A stretch of DNA of 62,238 bases, the filler included. It is 13 parts of 13 records of this genome, joined end to end, with 100 filler letters (N's around TTAATTAATTAA, not from the genome) between each part and the next. Parts side by side here need not be neighbours in the genome. Positions count along the whole stretch, not along the records: positions 30,300 to 33,502 come from SRR15195285_10514; positions 33,603 to 39,741 come from SRR15195285_10525; positions 39,842 to 43,000 come from SRR15195285_10548; positions 43,101 to 48,652 come from SRR15195285_10554; 9 more parts are not named here. One strand, 5' to 3'. The notes beneath the pieces are model-generated. The model made no database searches and had not been told where the DNA came from. It saw only the letters and a program-made list of their open reading frames with translations. Of the stretch, positions 31,451 through 43,218 are shown one piece after another (position 1 is the first letter of the stretch; each line of letters opens with the position of its first letter). Position numbers and translations under genes: made by a program.

Positions 31451-33502
31451 ATGAGACTGGCGCTCTGCAGGGCGTCGGTGGCGGCCCCGAGCAAGCGCTT
31501 GCTTCCGCGGTTGCTTCTGCTTGCTCTGGTGAGCCGTGCGTGGGGGCAGCAACAGGGGGCAGACCCTCCAAGCGAGAGTGGAGGCGCGTGCGGGCAGACG
31601 CTAGCGGAACCTGGCTTAGTGACCGTGCGCCATGGCGAGAGCTTCGGAATCGCGCATCAGGACGACGGCCAGTGGCACAACACGAATTGCCACTGGGAAC
31701 TCGAGTGCTCCTCTGGCCGCGGTGCCACCGTGACGTTCACGTGGTTCAACACCGAGGCCTCGTGGGACTTTGTGAACGTCTTCTCGGATGGCTCTGCGGC
31801 CGCGGAGATCACAGGCCCGGGTGGCATTTCAGGCGACCTCGGTCGGTTCGACGGGAGCGAGCTCCCCCGGCTGTGTACGGCGCAACGCTCGTGCAATACA
31901 TCACAGATGGCAGCGTGATTGCTTCTCCTTCTGGCTTTGATGCCACCCTAAGCTGCATGGGCGAGGTAGATCTGCAGGTAGGTACGGGCGCGGACTGGTG
32001 CTCCGGGTGGCGGACAGAAGACTGCAACATCGGAGCTCTCGCACATGCGCTGCAGGGGCTGATGCAAGATGAAGCGCCGGACCCACGCGTGCGCAGAGCG
32101 TTCGACTTGTCTGGTGGAGATGGCGCTGCTACGGAGGATGTCGCTTCTGGCACTGTCCGCCTTCATTCAAATACCGACCCGTTTGTGTCCCGACTAGGTG
32201 ACGAGCAGCTGGTTGGCCTTGTTTTCCAGAATGTCTGGATACCTCCACGAGCTGTCGTGACTTCGGCGTCGATAGTGTTCGAGAGCGGCGAGGTCGGACC
32301 AGACTTTACCCAGGGCCATCTTTTCGGCGAGAGAGATGGTGTGGAGCCGCTTTCAGAATTACCCGGAGATTTGTCAAATCGCACTGCAACAGATGCTGTT
32401 GTCGCATGGGAACTCCAGGAGTCCGATTGGACACATAGCGGGAGCGTGGAACTACGCACTCCGGACATAAGCGGCATCGTCAGCGAAATCGTCCATCACA
32501 CGGAATGGTATAATGGCGCGGCCATGGCTATCCTGTTCGCACACCGCGTCGCCGACGAGTCTCGTTTCACGCCACTGTCTGTCGCACTGGAGGTGTCATA
32601 CGTTTCGTTTGACAGGCGCGGTGATCTGGCGCACTGGGCCGTCCGGGGAGATTCCCCAGATCCTTTGATCAACCGGCTTCCGCAAGAGATCTACTGCCCG
32701 TGCCACGCGGTTGCGAGCAGAATGCAGGCCTCAAATGTATTGAAGACTGAGCCAGTTCCACCAGTTGCTGCGCAGTGCGACCACGCCGACTGCATCGGAC
32801 AATGGTCTTGTGATGCCTCGTGCACACGCGTGTGGGTTGAAGAGCGCCCCCAGAGTGGCAACGGTACGGCATGTCCCAGCGAGTCTTCTGATGCTTGCTC
32901 TCCAGGAGAAGGCGAGTGCCCACGTGATTGCACCGGATTTTTCGAACCGTGCACTGCTGTGTGCGAAACGTCTTCCAGTCGAGTGTGGGTAGAACACACG
33001 TCAGCAAATGGCGCCGGTGCACCGTGTCCTTTACCTGTGGCGTGCATAGCAGGCGACGGAGAATGCGTAGGGTGAGTGGTGCTGATAGACTCCCCATTCT
33101 GCATCAAAGTCGCAACTGCTGACACGCTGTGATGCCCGGCCTCTCAGGCATGCTGACTGCACCGGCATCTGGCTGCCTTGCACGGACAAGTGTGAGACTG
33201 CTGAGCACCGGGTCTGGATCGAATCTTCCCCACAACGTGGCACAGGCCATTCGTGTCCAGCTGCGCATGACTGCCGTCCATCCGAAGGGGGGTGCCCGCC
33301 TGATATTGACTGTGATGGTCACTTCAGTCCGTGCACCATCCACTGTGAGGTCAACGCGGACAGAGTATGGAATCAGATTGCCCCTTCACTTGGCCGCGGT
33401 TCCACATGCCCTGAACCGTACAGACCGAGTTCCGTGTACATGTACGTTGCAGGTGCATCCTCGCCTGCATGTGGACAGCTCGACACGCCAGGCTCTGTGG
33501 TC
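31451..33502 (+). CDS. Secreted CUB + bacterial-type beta-sandwich + TSP1/spondin-like repeat protein; frameshift at 31864-31868, intron 33072-33147, 3'-truncated
   Basis: Signal peptide RLLLLALVSRAWG. CUB motifs (CHWELEC, VTFTWFNTEASWDFVNV, GRFDG, then ITDGSV..SGF in the next frame), QLVGLVFQNVWIP..A.V.SASIVF, and four DC.G.W/F..C...C....RVW......G.G..CP units. Confidence 0.75.
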
Positions 33503-33873
33503 NNNNNNNNNNNNNNNNNNNNNNNNNNNNNNNNNNNNNNNNNNNNTTAATTAATTAANNNNNNNNNNNNNNNNNNNNNNNNNNNNNNNNNNNNNNNNNN
33601 NNAAACTGAAATTGAGAATTCTCAATCAGGATTCTCCGGAATGCCTCGAGTCAGGCAAAAAATCAGAGTGGGTCAGCGAACCCGCAAACGTCGACTGCAA
33701 CCAATTCTCATCCTATACTGATTACTGTACCGTATACGAGCAGTCGCGAGTCGGAAAAGAAACGCAAAACCCGTCGATTTCAGGAGTAGGATCCTCAGGA
33801 AACGACTGATCTCAGATCTGTCACGCCAGGTCGATTCTCCTGCTGCACCGGGGAACCGTATGTTCATGAGAGG

Positions 33874-34011
33874 CTCTACAGTCTCGTACTAATTACCGGA
33901 AGGTGGCTCTACATTTGTATCTACAACTTGATGAGATGATTATGAGTTTATTGAGTGCGAACCCCTCTACAATCTCGTAGTAATTACCGGAAGGTGGCTG
34001 TAAGTTTGTAT
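33874..34011. repeat. 47-bp direct repeat (42/47 identical), copies 33874-33920 and 33965-34011
   Basis: ctctacagtctcgtactaattaccggaaggtggctctacatttgtat versus ctctacaatctcgtagtaattaccggaaggtggctgtaagtttgtat. Confidence 0.9.
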
Positions 34012-34077
34012 ATTAAAATCGTCGGGATTACTATGGGTTTATGCAGAGGGACCGTCCGAAAGCGTTTTGCCGACAAA

Positions 34078-35591
34078 ATGTCCACGGTGGTGGCCGAGGA
34101 GGTCGACCCTGCGTACGTTGACGTCCTTGCCCGCTGCCTCTCTCTCCCCATAGCGGTTCGCATCACGTCGGAGGTGATGCCGCAGACAGACAGAGCGAGA
34201 GCGGGAGAGAGAGCGACAGAGAGCAGGAGAGAGAGGCAGAGAGACGGACGTGTTTTGACGCACCTTGCCCACTCTCTCGGTCCGCGCGCCGCGGAAGGGA
34301 CTGGAGCTGACGGTGGTGGTGCTCGCTGCGTTACAGGTATGAGCCGAACCGGCAGGAGATCCTGGACTACGCCACATGGTGCGGCAAGCACCCGCCGCCT
34401 CTCTCCCGCGCGGGCAGTTTTTTCGGTTTCTCGAGAGGTGTTCTGTCGCTGACAGCAGTGCGCTTGCCGCTGTGACCAGGCTTGGCATGGACCCGGCAGC
34501 GCACCGCTCGCTGCTGTGGATCGCGCGCGAGGCGCTGAAGGAAGACCTGCCGCCGAACTGGAAGCTGTGCCAGACGCCGGAGAAGGACCCTTTCTACTTC
34601 AACTTTGTGACGGCGGAGAGCAGCTGGGAGCACCCGTGCGACGACGCATTCAAGCAGTTGTTCGCGCGCGAGAAGCGTAAGCTGCAGGAGTCGGGCTCTA
34701 CCGGCGGCGGGACACCCCGATGCGACGCAATAGACGCGCTGGCCGAAAGCGAGCAACTCGAGGGCTGCCTCCGCCGAGCAATTCAACTCGACCTGTGCGT
34801 GACCAGCCGCCCCTGCATAGCTATGGACTGTGGAGAACAACAGGCTGAATTTTGGTTCGTGCGCGTGTGCCGTCGGCAGGATTACTGACGATAGCGCAGC
34901 GATCGCGCGTGCAAACGTAGCGGACGGCCTGCTGACTGCGAGCTATTATGCTGAATGGTGGACGACGCGGATCGCGGAGAACGCGCTCGCACAGCAGCAA
35001 GCTGCGCGCGACGCCAGCCTGGCTCAGCCAGAGCGCGGCGATTCGGAAGCCAGAGCGGGCACTGTTGAGGCGGCGCTCGACCGCTTACAAGAGTCAGAGC
35101 GCTGGAAGGTGGAACGCTACCTCGAGAGTGACCGAGCGGGTTCGACCGGGAGCTCGGGCGGATCGTCCGGTTTCCCAGATACGGAGTTCTGGGAAGACGA
35201 GGCGACGGCGTTTGATTTGCAGGGAGCCAGAAGCAGCAACGGTGGGCTGCCGTCGCCGCAGCGCCGCAGCGCCGCGGCGCAATACATAGCAAAGCGACTG
35301 CTCTCCGATTCGGAAGACGAGGGCAGTTTTGACGAAGAGTGTGGTGCTACCGTTTCCGCCCCGGTCACACCGGCCTCGTCGGCTGGTTCGTCCTCCGAGG
35401 ATGTGCGCTCGTCCCTGGAGTGGATACCGGGCGGCATGTGGGTAGCGAGCATGATGCCAGATATTGCCCCCCATTTTTCTGGTGCAGTAGAGAGATTCAA
35501 GGCTGCCGTGAGCCCTCGAGCAGGACTCCTAGCGCAGCCGCCGGTGCTGCCATTACACAGTGCTCCGGCACCGAATTGGCTGGTCAGCTGA
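34078..35591 (+). CDS. CEP164-like N-terminal WW-domain protein, about 367 aa, 4 exons
   Basis: Spliced MSTVVAEEVDPAYEPNRQEILDYATWLGMDP...LLWIAREAL...LP..WK.CQ....FYFNF.T.ES.WEHPCD matches the CEP164 N-terminus. Introns at 34113-34336, 34379-34479 and 34795-34879. Confidence 0.85.
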
Positions 35592-35904
35592 GCGCAGGCC
35601 TGTGCCTGTGCGAGCGCCAGCGGATGGCCTCAAGAATTGTCGATACCGTGAAGGTCCAAGTCTTAGAACGGAAGCCAAACGCAAAGACTTCCGTTCTAAC
35701 TTAGACGGCCATACTACGTCCGTTCCTAGCTTACCATGACTTTTAAGACGGACCCTGGCTGGGTGATATAAACCGATCAGGGGCGGTTCGACTGGCGTAC
35801 TGTGGAGCGCTGCTCGAGATCTCATTTGTGTCCGCAGCAATTGATAATCAAATACATTCACCATTCACTTTCGTCAAACGTCAAAGCGCCTGCTTGTAGC
35901 TTTA

Positions 35905-38900
35905 TCAGGAAACTAGCGCTGGGAAACACAGCGCCTCATGGGGTGTAGCATGCTGCTGTTTTGCCTCTTCTGCCTCTGCCTCTGGCTCCGCTCCTTGCTG
36001 AGAGCCACCGCCAGCGTCCTCGAGGAGGAGAGCAGCTGGCCTTGCCATGAGCTCTGGTAGAGCCTGCAGCAACCGGCCACTAGTATCTCGGCCTGGGTAG
36101 TACTGCCCGGCCCTCCAACCACCAAGCAGGGATCCTTTGTCGTCCTGCCACACGATTAATGGTCAGAAGCGGCCACACAAAGCGCCCGTCAAGTAGTAGT
36201 CGCAACCATAGCCAGCAGTGCGCTCAAGCTGCGGCGCTCACACACCACACCTGGGAGAGCAAGTCTAGCACTCACCATCCATGCACCACGCCAGATCACT
36301 CCTTCCCGGAACTCGCCAGACTGCTGGTGTCCATTAGGTAGCGACAACGTTCCCCGCCCAGTCATGGCGCCATTCTGCAGACAACCGCAGCAAACCAGGA
36401 GTGTCGACGACAGAGACGAATGAGAATCACGTAGAAGAACGCATACGTAGAGACATTTAGTGTGCTGTCAGTCCACCGTGACGACACCCGCAGCGCTGTT
36501 GTTGATTCGTACCTGCCATCGCCCAGAGTATGTTGAGCCAGAGGCGGCCGTCCACGTGCCGTCGCCGTGCCTGCGGACCGGCAGGAGACGCAGACATTAA
36601 ACGTCATTTTCGCGTGAGGCACTGCTACGCGCTCGTTGTGGTCACATGTGTCGCACCTGTGTCCCATCCTCCAATCACCTTCATACTTGGAGCCATCTGT
36701 GCATATCCACACACCCTTCCCTGCCTGCAAACCGTCGTGATACATCCCCTTGTATGTGTCCCCTGCGCGAGACGACACACTCTAAATGAGAACGCGCGCA
36801 GCCAGTTTGCAAACTTGCATACAGGAACCTCGCAACTGTCGGCATCAAAGTTGCGCACCGTTCGGACTTTCCTGCACGCCCCAGCCATCTCGTCTTCCAT
36901 CTTTCCACTCGCCCTGCAAGGGCAAAGATCAAATTTGGCACAATTCAGAGCGAAGCATGTGTATGTCCCGATGTTCTGTTGGCAGATCTAGAACAAATCA
37001 CGGAATGAATGTAGAATCCACAAAACGTGAAACACTCCGTACCTCATAGCACCCCCCGTCTTCTTGCTCCAACTTTCCCTTGCCATTAGGTAGGCCTTGA
37101 CGAAACGTTCCAGAGTACACACCGCCGCCGCCGCCCGGTGCAAAGATCACAGCTTTCTCGACAGCACCGGTCTGCTCGTCGTGCCGCCATTCTCCGAGGT
37201 ACTCTTCGCCGTTTTCGCGGGTGAGGTGACCGCGGCCGTGACGTTCTCCATGCATCCACTCGCCCGAGTACGATCCAGAGGCATCGATGCAGGTACCCGT
37301 GCCGTGCAAAAGCCCATTCAGCCACATGCCTTCGAATCGCGTACCGTCTGCCGCCTCGTACGTACCCTTGCCCTGCCATTGCCCGTTGACGTACGAACCT
37401 TCGTACCTCGAGCCATCGGCGCCCTCCCAGATACCTGCCGCAACCACCAGGTAATCAGCCGGGGAACCACACGCAAATGCGCAGCGCTCGAAGCGGCAAC
37501 TTAGTACTCACCGAATCCGGACTTTTCGTCACTATCCCAGTCACCAACGTAACGCTCGCCGGAACGCAGAGTCTCCTCTCCTTTGCCACAGCGCCGGCCA
37601 TCGCGCCACTCGCCCTCGTACGCGCGGCCGTCAGGTCCTGTCATCACACCGTGGCCGTGGGGCTTCCCGTTGCGCGTCTCGCCTGTGTAAGGGTCGCGTG
37701 TCGGGGCGGGTGGCATAGCATACCCACCAACGACCTGCGTGCCGCCGATTGTCTTGCGAATCTTGGCGTCGGCAAGCGTTGTGCCCGGTGGGTTAGCACG
37801 GGGCACCATGGCGAGCGAGCTCCTCGAGCCGGAGGGCTGAGCGACCACTCGGCGCGAGCTGGTGCGTGGTGAGGCACCTGGGTTGACGTAGCCCCTGTGG
37901 GTCTCCCGCGCTCGTGCGCGCCGCGTGCGTGGCGACATCCCGCCGCTCGGCGGCTGCGGCATCTTGTACTGCGGCTCTGGGATGCCGCGCTCTTTGCGCA
38001 GCGCCATGACAGCGCGCTCAAGCTTCACGGCATGGGCTGGTCTGAAGACAGCCAGCTGGGTGTGTACCAACGTGCCGTCCAGCCGAACTACGTCCTCAAA
38101 GGTCTTGTACCCCGACGTGCAGAAACTGGGCCAGTACTGAACCAGCCCGAGGTCCTTCAGCCAGTCCTTGACCTCGCTACTGTCCAGCAGGCCCAGCCCC
38201 TCGTCCGTGCCGCGCAGGTCGTTCTGCAGCTGCTGCCGCACCCTCGCCGACTCTTGCGTCTTCCTCGCGCTGTACGACCCCGCGACTGCCAACGCCAGGC
38301 TGTCGGCCGACCGCTGGGGCGTTGGCGGTGCAGTAGCCGAATCCGCCAGCTCTGCCGCCTCCGGAGCAGCGGCTGCATCGTCGGCCGGCGCCTCTGTGGC
38401 CGGCGGCGCCGCGTCCTCCACAGCGCGCTTCTCCGCCTCCTTGGACGCCACCGTCGCCGCCTGCTTCCCCTTCCGCTTCTTCTTGTGCTTCCTCTTCTGG
38501 CCGTACACGCCGTGCGTCCTGCCCAGCCGCTGCGATGCGATGGCTGGGCTGTCGTGCTGATTCGCATCCCATACGTTCTCCCTCGTCGCCATCGTATACC
38601 CACTCAGCGTCTTGAAGCTTGCCGGCAAGCCCTGTCGGCGCAAACAGTCAGTCAACTCCACGACAAACAAAACAGGGCCACTCCTCTCTGTGTCTCCTCT
38701 CTGCCCTCAATACCCTCTCTGCCCTCGCTGTTCTGGCTGCCTGTCTGCCCCTGTCTCTTTGCGGGCACGCCTGTGTGTCTGCTAAAGAGATCGCTGCGGA
38801 AAGCACACTCCCCTCGCTGCTCTCGCGCGTTCTCTCTCTCTCTCGTTCTCTGCCATTCTGTCTGTTTGTTTCTCACCGCTGTCGACGAGAAGAACTTCAC

Positions 38901-38972
38901 ATCCATGATCGACCCGCGGGCGGCGTTCGCCCTGTGTTCGGCAGTGATCTCCCCAGTCAGCGAGAGCGCCAT
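35905..38972 (-). CDS. SAM domain + MORN repeat protein, multi-exon
   Basis: SAM (VKDWLKDLGLVQYWPSF...HAVKL), then many YxGxW..G..HG.G MORN units across ORFs 37501, 36998 and 36362. First intron 38632-38876; the internal exon borders were not all resolved. Confidence 0.8.
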
Positions 38973-39001
38973 CTCCTCCTCCGCCCGCCACCTGCGGCAG
39001 C

Positions 39002-39103
39002 CCACACAGCCTACAGACCGCGGCCTACAGGTGCCACACAGCCTACAGACCGCGGTCTACAGGTGCCACACAGCCTATATACCGTGGCTACAGGTGCCAC
39101 ACA
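39002..39103. repeat. Minisatellite, about 3.2 copies of a 32-bp unit
   Basis: Unit ccacacagcctacagaccgcggyctacaggtg starts at 39002, 39034, 39066 and (partial) 39097. Confidence 0.92.
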
Positions 39104-39955
39104 CCGTATGTTCGGCCACCTGCAGCTCTGCTGGCTGGCTCTCGCTCTCTGGCCCTCTCTGTCTCTCCGGCTGGCGACCCCTCCGCCGCAGAGACAGAGA
39201 CCTCACGCCGCGCCGGTACGTAACGGCGTAACGGTGTAACGGTCTGTGTTCGAAAGAGGGCGACCACGGCCCTGCACAACAACAGCGTGGCAGCGTGGCA
39301 ATTCTGAGGTCAATTCAGTCACAGTTCCAACATCACATAATCCCCTTTTCTTTCAAATACACGTGAGGCTGTAAACATACAGATATATACAGCGTGGTAG
39401 TGGAAAATTGGGTCTGTATTGTGATTCCGATTGTGCGTCGATAAGCGGTAAGAATTCGCACAGCACGTCTGTTTCTCTTTTGAGGAGCCAGTTTTCAACA
39501 TGGTTTTCAGGCAATAAACTGGGGGAACATTACGCGACCCGTCGATTCACAGCGGAGTGCGTCGAGGCGGATTTCAGTACTAAATCGTGAATGCGCCAAA
39601 ACAAACAGCAGCGACTCGAGTTGGTCGGAAGGATTTCTCAGTGAGTTCTCTCTACTGATAGTCGTTGACCTGTGAACGGTGCTGATGACTGCAGGCTCTA
39701 AGGCAGGTGACTGTAATTAATCAAAATGAAAAGAACAAAGTNNNNNNNNNNNNNNNNNNNNNNNNNNNNNNNNNNNNNNNNNNNNTTAATTAATTAANNN
39801 NNNNNNNNNNNNNNNNNNNNNNNNNNNNNNNNNNNNNNNNNCGGCCGACCGGTGTGCGTCGGTGGAACCTGCGCAGGGTGAATAGGTGTGTGTGTCATTT
39901 CCACCGACCCCAGAATCACATTGTAGCCGCCGTGGTGGCTGGCAACTGGCAATTG

Positions 39956-42683
39956 ATGGCGGGTAGTGGTTTCAGCTGCGCCTGCGGCGGTGGGCGACGA
40001 CCACTGGTGTGGTGGCTGACCGCTGTGACATGTGTCTGGATGATCGACCGCACGGTGGGTGCTGCGGCGCAAACGCACGGCCGGGCGGTCTGGAAGAGTG
40101 GCGACTGGAAACGTGACGACGTGTCTGGCACTGGGTCGCGCGTCCTGCACATCGTCGATGGAAACCTGCTAGTAGCAGGGCACACCCAGAAAAGGATCGG
40201 CAGCCTCACCAGTCAGCTTCAGGCAGAAGTCATCGATCAGTCAGCGCTGTGGGCGCCGGCGCCCTTCCAGCACAACGTCACCGCCATCGTCAACGCCTCC
40301 GTGCTGCGCTATCTCGTCATATCTGGAGTCTACCAAGCGGACGCTGCGCTGCGGCTGCCCTCGTTCTTTGTGCTCGACGCATCGGGGGCTACGTTTGAGG
40401 CCGCTCCCGACTGTGCTACCAGCACCGACACCCTGTGCTCCAACTCGCAGCTTGTCAAGGACGGCGCGATCGTGCTGGCGAACCGCACGAACTTCACCGC
40501 TGTGCTCGGAGGCAACTTCAGCTGCGCCGCAATCGAGCCTTCAGTGGGCGGCATTAATGTTAGCTTTGGTGTCCGCGGGATCTGGAACTTGGCATCATGG
40601 GGTTTCACTGCTCGCGACGCGACCGTCGCGCACTGCGGCATCGGGCGAAACCACAGCAGTGGCAACGTGCACATGCAAGGTCGGAACGGGCTAAACTTTT
40701 CGGAGCCGCTCCACGGCGAGCTTACGGGATTGAGCATTTACGGGCCGAGCCGTGGGATTTGGACTGAGACCATTGGAAAGGCTGCGATTCACCACAACTA
40801 TGTGGCGGCTGACGTGGGGATCGACCTTGACGGATTCACGGGCGATGTGTACGTGTACTCGAACCAGATCATTGCCAGAGACAAAGCGACTAGTGGCTAC
40901 GGTCTGTGGATTGAGGAGGGTTCTCAGGGTGTCTTTGCGTGGAACAACACGATAAGTCGGCATGCCGTTGGCATGTACATCTATAATGGTGGCATCAAGA
41001 GCAGAGGGAACTCAAACCATCAGCTATTTGAGAACTTCCTAGTCGATAACCGTGGCGCTGGCCTAGGATGGGGCTACCACAACGGGGCGGCGGCTGTAGC
41101 GTCAGGGTCGTACTTTGGTAGCAATACCTTCCGAGGGAACGGCAATCGGACCGAGAGTGCCACGCCAGCACAGGTCTTCACGCAAGGAGGGCTGGGGCAG
41201 GTGATGATCGACAACCGCTTTGATGTGCCGTTGGTCGACGCCGTCGCACCGCTGCTTCAGCAATCTGTTGGTGCAGTGAGTGTCTTCGATCCCGCGACCG
41301 ATGACGGCCGTACAGCGCAGACCTTCTATCGCATTAAGGATGGGTATCTGATGAGCAACGACGGTGCCCGTGGTGCTTTCATCGGTACAAACACATCGCA
41401 GTTGCAGGCGTTCATTGGCGCTTATGACCCACATACTGGGCGGGTGGCCGACTCGTCGCACTTCCCGGTCCCTCCCATCGCCAACGTAACTGCCCTCGTA
41501 AACTCATCCGTGCTGAGATACCTCGAGCTGGAAGGCGATTACATCGCAGATGTGGCGCTCAATCTGCCGAGCCTTTTCGTGCTGAGGTTTGCAGAAGGGG
41601 CGCGGCTCTCTGCCGCTCGCATTTGTAATGTCGCTGCGTCGCCGTGCCGCTTCTGCGAGGCGGACGGCTGTGACCATCTGATCGAGTGCTGCGAAAGTGA
41701 ACTTATTGCGGGCGGTGCGCTCATCAAAGCCAACAAAACGCAGTACACGGCCGTACTCGGCGGTGAGCTGTCATGCAACGAGACCGATCCAAAGCTCGGC
41801 GGGATCAACGTGACCTTTGGTCTAAGGGCGGTCTGGGCGATCAAGAGCAAGGGCTTCACACTCAGCCATGCGACCATCCAGCACTGTGGTGTAGGTGCAA
41901 ACAGCAGCTCAGGCAACGTCGAGTTCGAAGGCGGTGGGTACGGAGGTCAGATGAGCTTCAACACAATCAAAGGAGGCTCTAGAGGGCTGTGGACTGAGCG
42001 AGGGATGAGCAAGCTAAGCGTTCATCACAACTGGATCGAACAGGGCATCGACTGTGATGCTGGCAGCGGTGGGAATTACTTTTACTCGAACTCCATCGTA
42101 AACTGCAATTGTTACGTGAGTGCTCAGACAGACAGGTTTCCTAACCAGTTTAGTTTTCGTTCTTAAACCTTATGAAGCCAACTGAACGGTGTCATACCCA
42201 TTGATGCTGGTGTGATTGCAGGGACTGTGGTTTGAGCAAGGTGCATCAGGCAGCTATTCCTTCAACAACACAATCGCTGGGAATGCAGTCGGCGTTTACA
42301 CCTACAACGCTGGCACTCAGGTCGTCATAGGAAACCGCTTGACGAACAACTACCGATGGAAGAATAGCTCGGACCACAGCGAAGGCCAGCTGCCGGGCGG
42401 ATTTGGTTTCGGCTGCAATCAGGCAACCAGTGCGCCGTCGGTGCACAACTTCTATGGGTCAAACATTGTCAAAATCAATGTATCTGGCGGCGAGCCAGTG
42501 GGCGTGGTCGGCCAGCAAGGAGTCGTCCACGAGAACTGGCTGGTTGGAAACGAGTTCGGCTCGGGCTTGCCAAACGGCAAGATGTGGTCGACCATTCGCG
42601 ACCGCACCATCGCAGTGAGCAACTTCGCGAGGGACAATGTGAGCGATGTGGCGATTTTCATGCCCGACACCCGCGCGGAATAA
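39956..42683 (+). CDS. Secreted protein with two tandem right-handed parallel beta-helix (pectin-lyase fold) domains; intron 42116-42221
   Basis: Asn/Gly-rich coils (SRGIWTE, IHHNY, GIDLD, YSNQI, YGLWIEEG, NNTI) present twice. Splicing gives CY|GLWFEQGA, matching YGLWIEEGS in the first copy. Confidence 0.8.
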
Positions 42684-43218
42684 ACGGCAATGTATGTACA
42701 ACAGGTTCTAAGGTTCTTATTCCCGCAGACTAGTACTAGTATACACGCTCAGACGTCGACTGCCAAGCATATTATCCCACTGGATCAAGGACGAGGACTT
42801 TTGCCTCATTTGGCAAAATTTAAACGTTTTGGACCGTTGTTCGCGAGGGATGGGAGTGGAATCTTGCATTTCTCGGCCCGAGAACGTTGGAGAACGGGAC
42901 TAGTCGGCCCCGAAAATGTACCACAATGTACCGGTATTCCAACTAGAACACGTATTGTAACCCACAACGTTGTGATACACATAGTCTTGTTGTCTCGGCG
43001 NNNNNNNNNNNNNNNNNNNNNNNNNNNNNNNNNNNNNNNNNNNNTTAATTAATTAANNNNNNNNNNNNNNNNNNNNNNNNNNNNNNNNNNNNNNNNNNNN
43101 CCCCCCCCCCCCCCCCCCCCCTCCCTCTCTCTGTGTGTTGCCCCCTTGTTGGATCAGAGCTTTTCGCCGAGTTGTTTGCGCGTGGCTTTGCTGAGAGCGT
43201 TGTGCCATCACGCTCCAG

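Noticed and set aside
39002-39103. 32-bp repeats as a CRISPR array
   Set aside because: The units are contiguous without unique spacers, the context is eukaryotic, and no cas genes are present.
37897-39231. 444-aa plus-strand ORF and many similar overlapping ORFs
   Set aside because: They are antisense or alternate-frame shadows of GC-rich genes, here the SAM-MORN gene, with low-complexity translations.
42760-43000. Possible transposon end in the lower-GC contig tail
   Set aside because: No TIR partner, TSD or transposase is visible within the window.
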